Of a stretch of DNA of 64,000 bases, positions 49,554 to 59,666 are shown in pieces. The notes under the pieces are model-generated. The model saw only the letters and a list, made by a program, of their open reading frames with translations. It was not told the DNA's origin and ran no database searches. A program made the position numbers and the translations under genes. The first letter of the stretch is position 1; each line of letters starts with the position of its first letter. This stretch comes from Actinomycetota bacterium. GTDB taxonomy: Bacteria; Actinomycetota; Actinomycetes; S36-B12; UBA5976. The stretch covers positions 65,898 to 129,897 of the forward strand of contig RFTJ01000002.1 of NCBI GenBank assembly GCA_009923495.1. Direction: 5' to 3'.

Positions 49554-49559
49554 ATTCTA
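49554..49559 (-). promoter_or_regulatory. Candidate -10 hexamer TAGAAT for ruvCAB
   Basis: Gene strand reads ctcctcTAGAATtTCGAACaaatGTTCGgattGAGGtaacgATG. Confidence 0.45.
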
Positions 49560-49594
49560 GAGGAGATTTGGCAAAAAACCAGACATTGACGCGA

Positions 49595-50347
49595 TCATTC
49601 GTCGAGTTGCGCCATTATTTCGTCTGAAATGTCGAAATTCGCCCATACATTCTGCACTTCGTCACTATCTTCAAGTGCTTCAATAAGCTTGAAAACCTTC
49701 TTTGCGCCCTCTAAATCCAGTGGAACGCTGACACTGGGTAAAAAAGTAGCTTCAGCGGATTCATAATCAATTCCGGCCTCTTGCAAAGCGGTACGCACTT
49801 TTACCACATCAGTTGCTTCACTTATGACCTCAAATGGACCGCCTAGGTCATTTACTTCTTGGGCACCAGCGTCCAATACTGCGGTCAGAATGTCATCTTC
49901 GGTTCCCGAACCGTCACCAACAATCACAACCCCTTTTCGGTTGAACAGATAGGAAACTGATCCCGGGTCGGCCATGCTACCCCCGTTTCGAGTCATAGCG
50001 ACCCGAACCTCAGAAGCAGCCCGATTACGGTTATCGGTGAGGCATTCAACAAGCAAGGCAACGCCACTAGGTCCATAACCTTCGTAAATAATCGTCTGAT
50101 AATCAGCGCCCCCAGCTTCCTGACCTGATCCGCGCTTAACTGCCCGATCTATGTTGTCATTGGGGACGGAACTTTTTTTCGCTTTTTGAATCGCATCATA
50201 AAGCGTTGGATTAGCGGCGGCATCTCCGCCGCCAGTTCGCGCAGCAACCTCGATGTTCTTGATCAACTTTGCGAACAGCTTGCCCCTGCGGGCATCGATA
50301 ACTGCTTTTTTATGCTTCGTGGTCGCCCACTTGGAATGGCCACTCAT
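49595..50347 (-). CDS. yebC: YebC/PmpR family DNA-binding transcriptional regulator
   Basis: [37 protein letters not shown]. Confidence 0.95.
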   Translation of the reverse strand: MSGHSKWATTKHKKAVIDARRGKLFAKLIKNIEVAARTGGGDAAANPTLYDAIQKAKKSSVPNDNIDRAVKRGSGQEAGGADYQTIIYEGYGPSGVALLVECLTDNRNRAASEVRVAMTRNGGSMADPGSVSYLFNRKGVVIVGDGSGTEDDILTAVLDAGAQEVNDLGGPFEVISEATDVVKVRTALQEAGIDYESAEATFLPSVSVPLDLEGAKKVFKLIEALEDSDEVQNVWANFDISDEIMAQLDE

Positions 50348-50952
50348 GATCTCACCATTTCTAGGAAGTACTTGTGGACTCTTAAGTCCGGGACTATTTC
50401 TGGGTGAAATGAAGTCGCTAATAGATTACCTTGTCGAACAGCAACAATCCGATCCTGGCTGTCACCGAAAGTTTCTTTGGGGATTTTCGCAAGAATCTCA
50501 ACCCCTGGCCCAGCTGTGACTACTAGGGGTGCACGGATAAAAACTGCACGAAAGGGTGCAGCGCCTATTTCTGGGATTTGCAAATCAATTTCGAATGAAT
50601 CTACCTGCCGGCCAAAAGCGTTTCGAGCTGCTGTAATGTCCAATCCGCCTATCGTCTCTTGATCAGGTCGACCGTCTGTTATCGAATTAGCTAGCATGAT
50701 TAGACCAGCACACGAACCATACATCGGAATTTGCGTGGACAACTCGCGTAGTTTTGGAAATAGGTTATTTTTTTTGGCCAAAATACTCATGGTGGTTGAC
50801 TCACCGCCAGGAATGACCAGACCATCAAGACTTTCTAAATCCGCCGGTGACCGCACTGTTACACAAATAGCGCCGGCTGCAGTTAGGTGACCGATGTGTT
50901 CTCGCACATCTCCCTGAATTGCAAGAACCCCAACTCTTGGGATCGGCGACAT
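50344..50952 (-). CDS. pdxT: Pyridoxal 5'-phosphate synthase glutaminase subunit PdxT
   Basis: [30 protein letters not shown]. Confidence 0.95.
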   Translation of the reverse strand: MSPIPRVGVLAIQGDVREHIGHLTAAGAICVTVRSPADLESLDGLVIPGGESTTMSILAKKNNLFPKLRELSTQIPMYGSCAGLIMLANSITDGRPDQETIGGLDITAARNAFGRQVDSFEIDLQIPEIGAAPFRAVFIRAPLVVTAGPGVEILAKIPKETFGDSQDRIVAVRQGNLLATSFHPEIVPDLRVHKYFLEMVRS

Positions 50953-51848
50953 TACCAGCCGCGCTCGGCTAACCGATGTGGAACTGGGATGTCAGCAACA
51001 TTGATTCCAACCATGGCTTCACCAAGGCCACGACTCGCTTGGGCAACAATCTTTGGGTCGTCAAAATGCATAGTGGCCTGCACAATCGCCTGTGCGCGCT
51101 TTGCTGGATCGCCTGACTTGAATATGCCTGAGCCAACAAACACTCCATCAGCACCCAACTGCATCATCATGGCTGCATCGGCTGGAGTTGCAATTCCTCC
51201 CGCAGTAAACAGCACTACGGGTAGCGCACCCTTCTTAGCCACCTCAACTACTAAGTCATACGGGGCCTGCAATTCTTTAGCAGCCACATATAGTTCATCG
51301 TGGCTCATTGAAGACAGGCGTTTAATTTCGCCGCGGATTGATCGCATGTGTGTAGTTGCGTTAGAGACATCGCCAGTGCCTGCTTCACCTTTAGACCGAA
51401 TCATGGCTGCCCCCTCAGTTATTCGGCGCAGTGCCTCACCCAAATTTGTAGCACCACAAACAAAGGGAACGGTGAAGTTCCATTTATCAATGTGATGTGT
51501 GTAATCGGCGGGCGTCAAGACCTCTGATTCATCGATGTAGTCCACGCCTAAGCTCTCTAGAACTTGGGCCTCAACAAAGTGACCGATTCGAGATTTTGCC
51601 ATCACTGGAATAGAAACCGCATCAATAATCCCCTGGATCATATCCGGATCGCTCATTCTGGCTACGCCGCCTTGGGCCCGAATATCGGCGGGCACTCGCT
51701 CTAGTGCCATGACAGCTACCGCACCAGAATCCTCAGCAATTTTAGCCTGCTCGGCATCCACGACGTCCATGATGACGCCGCCTTTGAGCATGTCAGCCAT
51801 ACCGCGCTTTACTTTCGATGTTCCAGTTATCACTGAGTCGTTTGTCAT
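50952..51848 (-). CDS. pdxS: Pyridoxal 5'-phosphate synthase lyase subunit PdxS
   Basis: [47 protein letters not shown]-type motif ([18 protein letters not shown]). Confidence 0.97.
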   Translation of the reverse strand: MTNDSVITGTSKVKRGMADMLKGGVIMDVVDAEQAKIAEDSGAVAVMALERVPADIRAQGGVARMSDPDMIQGIIDAVSIPVMAKSRIGHFVEAQVLESLGVDYIDESEVLTPADYTHHIDKWNFTVPFVCGATNLGEALRRITEGAAMIRSKGEAGTGDVSNATTHMRSIRGEIKRLSSMSHDELYVAAKELQAPYDLVVEVAKKGALPVVLFTAGGIATPADAAMMMQLGADGVFVGSGIFKSGDPAKRAQAIVQATMHFDDPKIVAQASRGLGEAMVGINVADIPVPHRLAERGW

Positions 51849-51877
51849 GATTCCTTCTTGGAATTGGGATTGGTCTA

Positions 51878-51883
51878 ATTCTA
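51878..51883 (-). promoter_or_regulatory. Candidate -10 hexamer TAGAAT for pdxS-pdxT-yebC
   Basis: Gene strand reads tttcagTAGAATtagacc...ccAAGAAGGAatcATG. Confidence 0.35.
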
Positions 51884-51902
51884 CTGAAATGGTAATTAAG
51901 CG

Positions 51903-52445
51903 CTAATCGGACAGCGCGGACGGCATCCGAGTGTCTAGAGCCAGAACGGTAGGAAGTTGCGCATATCCGGCGAGTCGGAAAATCCGAACTAGCCACTGAT
52001 TTCGAATTTTCAGACAATCGGAGACAGCCTCCGAATGAAAAGTTCTGCTCATTTGAATTCGAGCACAAACATTCGATAATTCAGAAATCAACAGTGCCGT
52101 CGGCTTGTCGGTTAGCCACTCGGTAACTTCATCTTCGTCACTCAAACTTGCTAGCAAGACCTCTGTTAACTCATTCTCGATATCGAGCCGCTGGGTAATC
52201 TCATGCGGTTCAACGGCTAATGCATCATGCGCAGCCTGAGCAAGCACTGCACTTGTTACCGGATCAATCATGTTTGAGGCAGAGAGTTCGGCGACTATGC
52301 CGGCACGACGGCCTAAATGTCCATCCAGTGCCGCTTCGGTGACTTCGATGCGATGGTGCAGTCGATCTAATCGACCCGCCTGGTGTGACAGATACCAAAT
52401 GATTAGTAGCAGGATAAGGTAACTTTCCCAGGAGTTCCAACTCAT
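51903..52445 (-). CDS. Hypothetical membrane-anchored protein (one N-terminal TM helix, helical cytoplasmic part)
   Basis: 180 aa. N-terminal SYLILLLIIWYL helix, followed by a weak LemA-like pattern (RLDRLHHRIEVTEAALDGHLGRRAGIV). Start overlaps the pimA stop by 4 nt. No family confidently recognised. Confidence 0.5.
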   Translation of the reverse strand: MSWNSWESYLILLLIIWYLSHQAGRLDRLHHRIEVTEAALDGHLGRRAGIVAELSASNMIDPVTSAVLAQAAHDALAVEPHEITQRLDIENELTEVLLASLSDEDEVTEWLTDKPTALLISELSNVCARIQMSRTFHSEAVSDCLKIRNQWLVRIFRLAGYAQLPTVLALDTRMPSALSD

Positions 52446-53632
52446 AAATCAGACTCCTTCTCGGGGGTGATTCTAAATCTACCCAGGCGGCCCAGCATCT
52501 GCCCTGCCATGTCAGGCTCGACCGTCAGGCCAGGGACTGTGACAGATTTGTAAACTTCTAAAACTTCCTCGGCGACAGTATCCCAATCAAAATCAATTAC
52601 ATTCTTGTAGCCAGCTGTCCGTAATCTATCCTGTTCGACTTTATCGCCCAGCAATGCAATTACTATCCTGGATAGATCTGCGCTGTCCTCGTTTTCAAAC
52701 AACTTGCCACATTCGCCATCTTTTAATACCCGAGCGAAGGCCGATAGATTACTGGCGACAACTGGAGTGCCGGATGCCATAGCCTCAAGAAGCACAATTC
52801 CAAATGATTCCCCACCTGTATTTGGGGCAACATAAATATCGCCAGAGGCGTAGACATCGGGTTTTGTTTCATCATCAACTAAACCAATTTTTGTTATGGC
52901 CTGCCGATCAACAGGATCAAGTTCATCAAAGAGGTCATCACAATCACCTGGTCCGGCAATTAACAGTCGCAGATTCGCATATTCACGGCGGATGATGGGA
53001 AAGGCGCGTATCAGCACTTCTAGACCTTTTCGAGGCTCATCCACCCGCCCAAAGAATACGAGAGCTGGACTATCGTCCTGCCAATCCGGAAGGGGCTTGG
53101 CTCCTGCAAATGCCGCAACATCAACGCCATTTGGAATGATCACAGCATCTCCACCGAGATGCTCCAACATGGTCTGTTTCGCTGCCGGACTTACTGCAAT
53201 TCGGGCTGAAACCTTTTCCATCACAGTCTGTGCAATCTTTGCCAGGCTAAGTATCACCCGCGACCGGTCCATGCTGGAATGCCATGTGGCAACTATGGGG
53301 CCCTTAGCGGCCCAGCAAGCTAAGACTGAAACGCTTGGCGCTAACGGTTCATGTACATGCAACACATCAAACTGGCCTTGTTCAATCCATTTGCTCACCC
53401 GTCGCGCCACAATCGGGCCGAAACTGAGTCGAGCAACAGAACCGTTGTACCTGACTGCTCGGGGCTTGCCGGTAGAGACAACAAAGAAGGGTAAATTCTC
53501 GTCATTCTCCGCGGGTGCTATCACGCTCACGAAATGGCCTTTTCGGATTAATGCGTTCGCTAAGTCATGCACATGAGCTGAAACCCCACCTGGAATATCC
53601 CAAGCATATGGGCAGACGATTCCTACTCGCAT
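52442..53632 (-). CDS. pimA: Phosphatidyl-myo-inositol alpha-mannosyltransferase PimA (GT4)
   Basis: MRVGIVCPYAWDIPGGVSAHVHDLANAL parallels Mtb PimA MRIGMVCPYSFDVPGGVQSHV. The C-terminus has the GT4 E-x7-E region (GESFGIVLLEAMASGTPVV). Confidence 0.9.
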   Translation of the reverse strand: MRVGIVCPYAWDIPGGVSAHVHDLANALIRKGHFVSVIAPAENDENLPFFVVSTGKPRAVRYNGSVARLSFGPIVARRVSKWIEQGQFDVLHVHEPLAPSVSVLACWAAKGPIVATWHSSMDRSRVILSLAKIAQTVMEKVSARIAVSPAAKQTMLEHLGGDAVIIPNGVDVAAFAGAKPLPDWQDDSPALVFFGRVDEPRKGLEVLIRAFPIIRREYANLRLLIAGPGDCDDLFDELDPVDRQAITKIGLVDDETKPDVYASGDIYVAPNTGGESFGIVLLEAMASGTPVVASNLSAFARVLKDGECGKLFENEDSADLSRIVIALLGDKVEQDRLRTAGYKNVIDFDWDTVAEEVLEVYKSVTVPGLTVEPDMAGQMLGRLGRFRITPEKESDL

Positions 53633-53634
53633 AA

Positions 53635-54537
53635 TTAATCAACCACCAAATCTGCCCAGACCGGCTGCAACATGTGCCAGTCTTCGGGATGAGCAGAAAT
53701 GTGTTGCTCAAATCTGCTGGCAACCTCTGCTGAAACTTGCTGTGCCAGTTTCAAGCGGTCACGGCCAGTAACCTGGGCGTTGGAAACCGACACTTGTTCG
53801 TCAAAAGTTATCACTAGCATCTGCCCGTCATACCAGGTAGAACAGGTAAAGAGTGGTCGCCCAGTGTCAATCGCTAGCACCGCCGCACCGATAGGCAAGG
53901 TTGCGCGTGCGCCAAAAAACTGATTCCCCATTCCATTCTTTGCAACATCACGATCGCCTAATAGTGGAACAACATGTCCAGCAACTACTTCTGATCGTAA
54001 AAATTCGTAGATGCCCGCTTCGCCGGTAAGTGGCAATATGTTCATTCCTAATGCCGTTCGCATCTCTAGAAATTTTCTAAAGACCAACTCAGGTTTTAGA
54101 CGTTCGGCCACAGTTGCGACTTTGCTGTAGTTCAGCGCCGCCCATGCTCCAGCCAGGTCCCAGTTGCCTGAGTGTGGCAAGGTGAGAATAACACCACCAG
54201 ATTTCAGAGCTTCAATAACCGCATCATCATTTTCTACTCGAACGCGAGACCTTATCTCATCTCGTGACCAGCGGGTAAGTAGGAAAATTTCATAGTAGTA
54301 ACGAAGATATCTGCGCATACCGTTTCTTGAAAGTGCACGAATCTGCGTACTAGATGCTGGAAGATTTAGCACGCGAGATAAATTGAGTTCTAATTGGCGT
54401 ACCCCGCGAAATTTTAGTCGCCAGCAAAGGTCGGCAGAAACCTTGAAGGCCCAAGCAACAATTGGTTCGGGAATGAGCCATAAAAATGCCCAGCCGGCCC
54501 AGAAACCTAGCGCTGTGATCTTGGAGCCAAGTTTCAT
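53635..54537 (-). CDS. patA: Phosphatidylinositol mannoside acyltransferase (PatA, LPLAT/HtrB-like)
   Basis: Lipid A biosynthesis acyltransferase-like fold (LPHSGNWDLAG). Sits between pgsA1 and pimA as Rv2611c does. ATG at 54537 overlaps the pgsA1 TGA (ATGA). The track ORF extends to 54663. Confidence 0.85.
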   Translation of the reverse strand: MKLGSKITALGFWAGWAFLWLIPEPIVAWAFKVSADLCWRLKFRGVRQLELNLSRVLNLPASSTQIRALSRNGMRRYLRYYYEIFLLTRWSRDEIRSRVRVENDDAVIEALKSGGVILTLPHSGNWDLAGAWAALNYSKVATVAERLKPELVFRKFLEMRTALGMNILPLTGEAGIYEFLRSEVVAGHVVPLLGDRDVAKNGMGNQFFGARATLPIGAAVLAIDTGRPLFTCSTWYDGQMLVITFDEQVSVSNAQVTGRDRLKLAQQVSAEVASRFEQHISAHPEDWHMLQPVWADLVVD

Positions 54538-55148
54538 GACTGAATTTGCTTTCGGACATGTACTACTCGCTGAATTACCGTATACGAGGTGATAGCTGCC
54601 AAGAAATACATAGCATAGTCCAAACAGAAAAGGCCTAATCCGCTGATTAACAGGCCAAACCAAACAACAAGCGTGCGTTCTGCACGCTCAGCCAAGCCAA
54701 CTTTGCATGTCTTGCCCAGGGCCTCTGCCCGAGCGCGAATGTAAGAAGTCATTTGCCCCATCAAAAGCGAGATTGATGCGGCAATGAAAGCTGATTTGTT
54801 TTGTCCTGTACTTGTCAGGAAGTAGGTACAAATCGAAATCAAAACTGCCGCATCCACGATTCGATCTAATGTGGAGTCCAGAAATGCTCCCCACTTGCCT
54901 GCCGAATTCGTCAATCTGGCAATAGTGCCATCAAGCAGGTCGCCTAGCGATAGCGCACCAATCAAGATGCTGGCTATCAGGAACTTTCCTTGCGGAACCA
55001 GCAGTGTCGCTACCCCAATTGTGGCCAACGCTGCGCAGCAGGTAACAGCATCTGCAGTTACTCTCAGTGCAATCAATGATTTCGCTACCGGAGTTACTAT
55101 TCGGCTAAGCGCTTGGCGCGCTGATGCGTTATCAAGCAATGGGTTCAT
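54534..55148 (-). CDS. pgsA1: CDP-diacylglycerol--inositol(-phosphate) phosphatidyltransferase (PI/PIP synthase)
   Basis: DLLDGTIARLTNSAGKWGAFLDSTLDRIVD signature. Operon with patA and pimA. Confidence 0.88.
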   Translation of the reverse strand: MNPLLDNASARQALSRIVTPVAKSLIALRVTADAVTCCAALATIGVATLLVPQGKFLIASILIGALSLGDLLDGTIARLTNSAGKWGAFLDSTLDRIVDAAVLISICTYFLTSTGQNKSAFIAASISLLMGQMTSYIRARAEALGKTCKVGLAERAERTLVVWFGLLISGLGLFCLDYAMYFLAAITSYTVIQRVVHVRKQIQS

Positions 55149-55183
55149 CCTTGGAATGACTAGACGACTACCATATAGTCATA

Positions 55184-56194
55184 ATGACGACTTTACCGAT
55201 AAGTGTTTCTTACTTTGAACCAACATCACGGTTTGTCAGCATTTACAGCGTTGGATGCACCGAGATTAGTCCGCTGATCGCCCGAAAATTTACCTCCGGA
55301 CAGAGTCTGGCAGTGCCGTGGGTTATCGCTGATCTTGATAGCAAAACATCAGTTTGTCTCCTAACCGAGAACGACCTTGACCAGCGCATCTTAGATGTTT
55401 CAGACGCAGTCATTCTGATTCTGGATGCAGCCGTCGGAATAAGTGCTCAAGCGATTTCGACCTGGCAAACTCTGCAAGATCTAGAGGTACCGACTCTCTT
55501 AGTGGCGACAAATCTCTTTGCCACTCACACGGACTTTGATGAGTTAGTAGCCATAGCGCAACGAGTTTTTAACAACAACATTTTGGTTCGTTATTTACCA
55601 ATGTCAAACGAGAGTGAAACAGAGATAGTAGCCCTATTCGATTTATTGACCAACCAAATACTCGACTATTCCGATTGTGAAAGAGATGTCAAAAGCCCGG
55701 ATTCCGAACATCTGGAACTTACTGCAGATCAGCGCGAGAAACTCCTGGAGCAACTTGCATTTCTTGGTCTCTCTGATGAAAAGCTGGCAATGTTCCGAAG
55801 TGGCATAATCCCGGCGATAGGTGAGTTTGACAAAGTTTGGGAAACTAATGCAAACCCTTCCATTACTGCGCTGGACGAATTGGCCGGTCTCGATTTGATT
55901 CTGGACTGGATATCCCGCTGTCCTAATCGCTGGGAGCCGATGGTTGAACCTGACGATCATCAAACTCACATTAGCTCGCCATCGTTTTTTGGTTATGGAA
56001 TAGTCCCAGGCTTGGCGCGGACCTGGGGTGTTCCCGGTTTCGAAATCGAGGTAACTCGGGATTCAGGAGAGCATGTATCAGTCAAGGCAGTACAGCCATA
56101 TGCAAGCTGTGTCCTTTCAAGTGCGATTTTGCCAAACGATACGATTCACGAATCTGGGCGATCAGTAAATTTAGTCTTGCCAGCGTTCGATTAA
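55184..56194 (+). CDS. EF-G2-like protein remnant: G and G' domains only, with all GTP-binding motifs degenerate
   Basis: 336 aa. DAVILILDAAVGISAQAISTWQTLQDLEVPTLLVATNL, LFDLLTNQILDYS and REKLLEQLA are collinear with the G/G' domain of actinobacterial EF-G-like proteins. No GxxxxGK[ST], DxxG or NKxD motif is present. Confidence 0.6.
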   Translation: MTTLPISVSYFEPTSRFVSIYSVGCTEISPLIARKFTSGQSLAVPWVIADLDSKTSVCLLTENDLDQRILDVSDAVILILDAAVGISAQAISTWQTLQDLEVPTLLVATNLFATHTDFDELVAIAQRVFNNNILVRYLPMSNESETEIVALFDLLTNQILDYSDCERDVKSPDSEHLELTADQREKLLEQLAFLGLSDEKLAMFRSGIIPAIGEFDKVWETNANPSITALDELAGLDLILDWISRCPNRWEPMVEPDDHQTHISSPSFFGYGIVPGLARTWGVPGFEIEVTRDSGEHVSVKAVQPYASCVLSSAILPNDTIHESGRSVNLVLPAFD

Positions 56195-56683
56195 AAGGTC
56201 ACGAGTTTGCTCAAGTAATTCCGAAATAACTTTTGTGCCAGCAACAATCGGCATAAAATTGCTGTCGTTTGCCCAGCGAGGAACCACGTGCTGGTGAAAA
56301 TGATCTTGAACTCCGGCGCCGGCCACCTTGCCCTGATTCATTCCGATGTTAAAACCGGTGCAACCAGAAACCGACTGCAATGTCCGCATTGCCTGCTGCG
56401 TTAGACCCGTTACATCAGCAGACTCTGCCTCAGTCAATAAGTCATAAGTAGCAACATGACGATTAGTGCAAACTAATAGGTGTCCGCTGTTGTACGGATA
56501 CTTATTTAGAACGACATAAGAGGTTTGAGAACGAATTACGACTAGTTCAGTATCACTGGTAAGTGCCCGACAAAAAGGACAACTCTCGTCGTCGAACTGC
56601 CCGGCTAGTTGCTTGAGATATTCCCTGCGGTGCGGAGTCCATATTCGGTCCCACTGTTCTATCCCATTCGCACCTATCTCCAT
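56171..56683 (-). CDS. HIT family protein (Ap4A phosphorylase-like, Rv2613c-like)
   Basis: Histidine triad HFHQHVVPR. LNKYPYNSGHLLV. Confidence 0.88.
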   Translation of the reverse strand: MEIGANGIEQWDRIWTPHRREYLKQLAGQFDDESCPFCRALTSDTELVVIRSQTSYVVLNKYPYNSGHLLVCTNRHVATYDLLTEAESADVTGLTQQAMRTLQSVSGCTGFNIGMNQGKVAGAGVQDHFHQHVVPRWANDSNFMPIVAGTKVISELLEQTRDLLIERWQD

Positions 56684-58683
56684 CAGGCGGACCGATTTCC
56701 AATCTCTTTCAGGATCTTTTCGACCGCTTGAGCCACTGGAATTCCGTTTTCTTGCGTGCCGTCTCGGTACCGGAATGAAACCGCACCTGCGGCGATGTCG
56801 TCATCGCCCGCTATGAGCATGAATGGCACTTTCTGCTGTTGTGCGTTTCGAATCTTTTTCTGCATCCGCTCATCTGAGTCGTCCACCTCAATTCGAACGC
56901 CACTGTCGCGTAACTTCTGTGCTACCTCATGCAGATAGTCGTTGTGCGCCGAGGCTATCGGGATTCCAATTACTTGAACTGGAGCCAGCCAAGCAGGGAA
57001 TGCTCCGGCATAATGTTCCAGCAAAACTCCGAAGAACCGTTCGATTGAGCCGAATAGTGCCCGATGAATCATAATTGGTCGCGCGCGCCCACCATCAGCT
57101 GCTTGATACTCCAAATCAAAGCGAGCTGGCAATTGAAAATCAACCTGAATTGTTGACATCTGCCAAGTACGACCTATCGCATCGCGAGCCTGAACCGAAA
57201 TCTTAGGTCCGTAAAACGCGGCGCCACCTGGATCTGGGACAAGGTCAAGGCCAGATTTTTCGGCAGCTTCAGCTAGCGCAGCCGTAGCGGCTTCCCATTC
57301 TTCATCCGAACCGATTGATTTCTCTGGGTTACGTGTAGACAGCTCCAGATAGAAGTCATCAAGTCCGTAGTCGCGCAACAGGTCCAGAACAAAGCTCAAG
57401 AGATTCTGCAACTCGCCGGGCATCTGCTCTTTCGTGCAGTAGATGTGTGCATCGTCCTGTGTCATTCCGCGCACTCGGGTCAATCCGTGTACTACTCCGG
57501 ACTTCTCGTATCGGTAAACAGAGCCAAATTCAAAAAGCCGCAGTGGAAGTTCCCGATATGAACGACCGCGAGACTTGAAAATCAAATTATGGAACGGGCA
57601 GTTCATCGGCTTGAGGTAGTAGTCCTGACCTTTGCGCTTTACAGAGCCGTCTTCGTGGTACTCCTCGTCTAGATGCATAGCAGGAAACATGCCATCCTTG
57701 TACCAATCTAGGTGACCAGACTGTTCAAATAGGGCACCTTTAGTTATGTGCGGAGTGTAAACAAACTCGTATCCTGCGGCTTCGTGACGCAGACGTGAGT
57801 AGTCCTCCATACTTCGGCGAATGATTCCGCCCTTTGGATGAAATACGGCAAGACCCGAACCCAGTTCGTCAGGAAAGCTGAAGAGATCTAGATCTACGCC
57901 GAGTCGGCGATGATCGCGCTTTGCGGCCTCGTCGAGCATAGTTAGATAGTTCTTGAGCTCTTCTTTGGTCGGCCAAGCAGTTCCGTAAATTCTCTGCATA
58001 GATGCATTCTTTTGATTTCCTAACCAGTAGGCCGCTGACGAACGCATAATTTTCACGGCCTTGGCATCGATGTAACGAGTGTCGGGTACATGCGGACCTC
58101 GACATAAGTCACACCATTTCTTGTCACCGCTACGCAAGTCGATGTTGTCATAGATTGTGAGTTCGCCTGCACCTACTTCCATCACATCTTCGGCTAGAAC
58201 ATCGGCCACACTTGCCTCGAGTAGCGCAACTTTAAAAGGCTCACTTGCAAGCTCAGAAATAGCAGCGGTTCGCTCAGTTACCCTGCGACTGAACTTCTGT
58301 CCTGAATTTATGATTTCGATTGATCTCTTCTCAATCGCTGAAAGATCCTCAGGCGAAAAAGGCGTCTCAATACCAAAGTCGTAAAAAAAGCCATCTTTAA
58401 TCGGTGGTCCTATTCCCAGTTTGGCCTGCGGGAATATTTCCTGAGTCGCCTGGGCAACTATATGTGCAACACTGTGGCGCAGAACTGATAGACCGTCTGG
58501 ATCAGAAACTAGAACCGGCTCTACTACATCGCCTTCAACCAGGACATAACTTAGATCGACCAGGTTTCCATTAACACGCGCAACAACTACTTTTCGGGCT
58601 TTGTCGCCTACAACGTCAAAAGCCGTAGCACCCGCTTCAATGTCCAGCGACTGCTTGTCTTGCCCTACTAATACGGCTACCAC
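56683..58683 (-). CDS. thrS: Threonine--tRNA ligase
   Basis: 666 aa. TGS-like N-terminus, editing-domain HSVAH motif, class II core ([28 protein letters not shown]), and an anticodon-binding domain. Confidence 0.97.
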   Translation of the reverse strand: MVAVLVGQDKQSLDIEAGATAFDVVGDKARKVVVARVNGNLVDLSYVLVEGDVVEPVLVSDPDGLSVLRHSVAHIVAQATQEIFPQAKLGIGPPIKDGFFYDFGIETPFSPEDLSAIEKRSIEIINSGQKFSRRVTERTAAISELASEPFKVALLEASVADVLAEDVMEVGAGELTIYDNIDLRSGDKKWCDLCRGPHVPDTRYIDAKAVKIMRSSAAYWLGNQKNASMQRIYGTAWPTKEELKNYLTMLDEAAKRDHRRLGVDLDLFSFPDELGSGLAVFHPKGGIIRRSMEDYSRLRHEAAGYEFVYTPHITKGALFEQSGHLDWYKDGMFPAMHLDEEYHEDGSVKRKGQDYYLKPMNCPFHNLIFKSRGRSYRELPLRLFEFGSVYRYEKSGVVHGLTRVRGMTQDDAHIYCTKEQMPGELQNLLSFVLDLLRDYGLDDFYLELSTRNPEKSIGSDEEWEAATAALAEAAEKSGLDLVPDPGGAAFYGPKISVQARDAIGRTWQMSTIQVDFQLPARFDLEYQAADGGRARPIMIHRALFGSIERFFGVLLEHYAGAFPAWLAPVQVIGIPIASAHNDYLHEVAQKLRDSGVRIEVDDSDERMQKKIRNAQQQKVPFMLIAGDDDIAAGAVSFRYRDGTQENGIPVAQAVEKILKEIGNRSA

Positions 58684-58773
58684 GTTATTCCTTAACTGCT
58701 CTAGTGATTACTCCGGACGGTACTTAAATCTTGGTATTTCACTTTATCTTAAGAAACTTAGCTACCGAATCTT

Positions 58774-59649
58774 CTAGGGGTTGTAGTTGAAATTACTTTG
58801 CTCTTTAAATAACTTGGCTAACTCAGTGACAACTTCAGGTATCGGGACTTCCCTTGCGTTGCTCAGACTATCCGCGCGCGAGAGTTCGGCCAAAGCACTG
58901 ATTGGCTGAACATCACGAGTTGATGAGGTCAAAAATGCGCCGTCGCAGTTCCATAAATCTTCAGCCCGCAAATCATCTCGTTCGATAATTTTTATCCCCG
59001 CGGCTAGTCCCCACTCAATAACTAACTGCCTGGTGATGCCAAGAAGTAATCCAGTATTGACACTCGGAGTGAGCACTGTGTCTCCACTAACCAGGAAGAC
59101 ATTACTCCCAGTGCCCTCCGAGAGATTGCCTTTTGAGTCGAGGAACAGCGCCTCGGAGAAGCCATGTTTATGGGCTGCTTCTAAGGCGTAGACATTCTCT
59201 GCATAGGAAATAGTCTTTAGGCCAACGATGGCCGAGAGTTCGTTGCGCATCCAAGGAACTAACACTGCGCCGGTACTCGATGGCCAAGCTGGCTGGGGAG
59301 CAACACTTAACACCAAGGTGGGCTCGCCGCCAATTCGATCTGACCCCAGCGGACCTATGCCACTAGTGACAGTTACCCGTAATCTGCCTAGCTCGAAGGC
59401 CGGGTTGGCCGCCAGGATCTCGGCGATTGCAGAATTAATGACCTCATCGGATGGACACTTAATACCAAGACCTGAGGCGCTGCGACGCAGTCTCAAATTG
59501 TGACGATCAACAGCGAATGCCCGACCATCAGAAATCTTCAGAGTTTCGAAGACGCCGTCGGCAACCATGAACCCATGGTCCAATACGCTGATGTGCGCGT
59601 CGGCAACAGGAACTAGATGACCATTTACCCAAAAATGCGAAGCCTGCAT
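58774..59649 (-). CDS. pabC: Class IV aminotransferase family protein, probably aminodeoxychorismate lyase
   Basis: Fold-type IV PLP pattern (DHGFMVADGVFETL, NVFLV, ITR). Assignment rests on adjacency to pabB. A branched-chain/D-amino-acid aminotransferase is not excluded. Confidence 0.65.
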   Translation of the reverse strand: MQASHFWVNGHLVPVADAHISVLDHGFMVADGVFETLKISDGRAFAVDRHNLRLRRSASGLGIKCPSDEVINSAIAEILAANPAFELGRLRVTVTSGIGPLGSDRIGGEPTLVLSVAPQPAWPSSTGAVLVPWMRNELSAIVGLKTISYAENVYALEAAHKHGFSEALFLDSKGNLSEGTGSNVFLVSGDTVLTPSVNTGLLLGITRQLVIEWGLAAGIKIIERDDLRAEDLWNCDGAFLTSSTRDVQPISALAELSRADSLSNAREVPIPEVVTELAKLFKEQSNFNYNP

Positions 59650-59666
59650 GTAACTACCCTATTACC

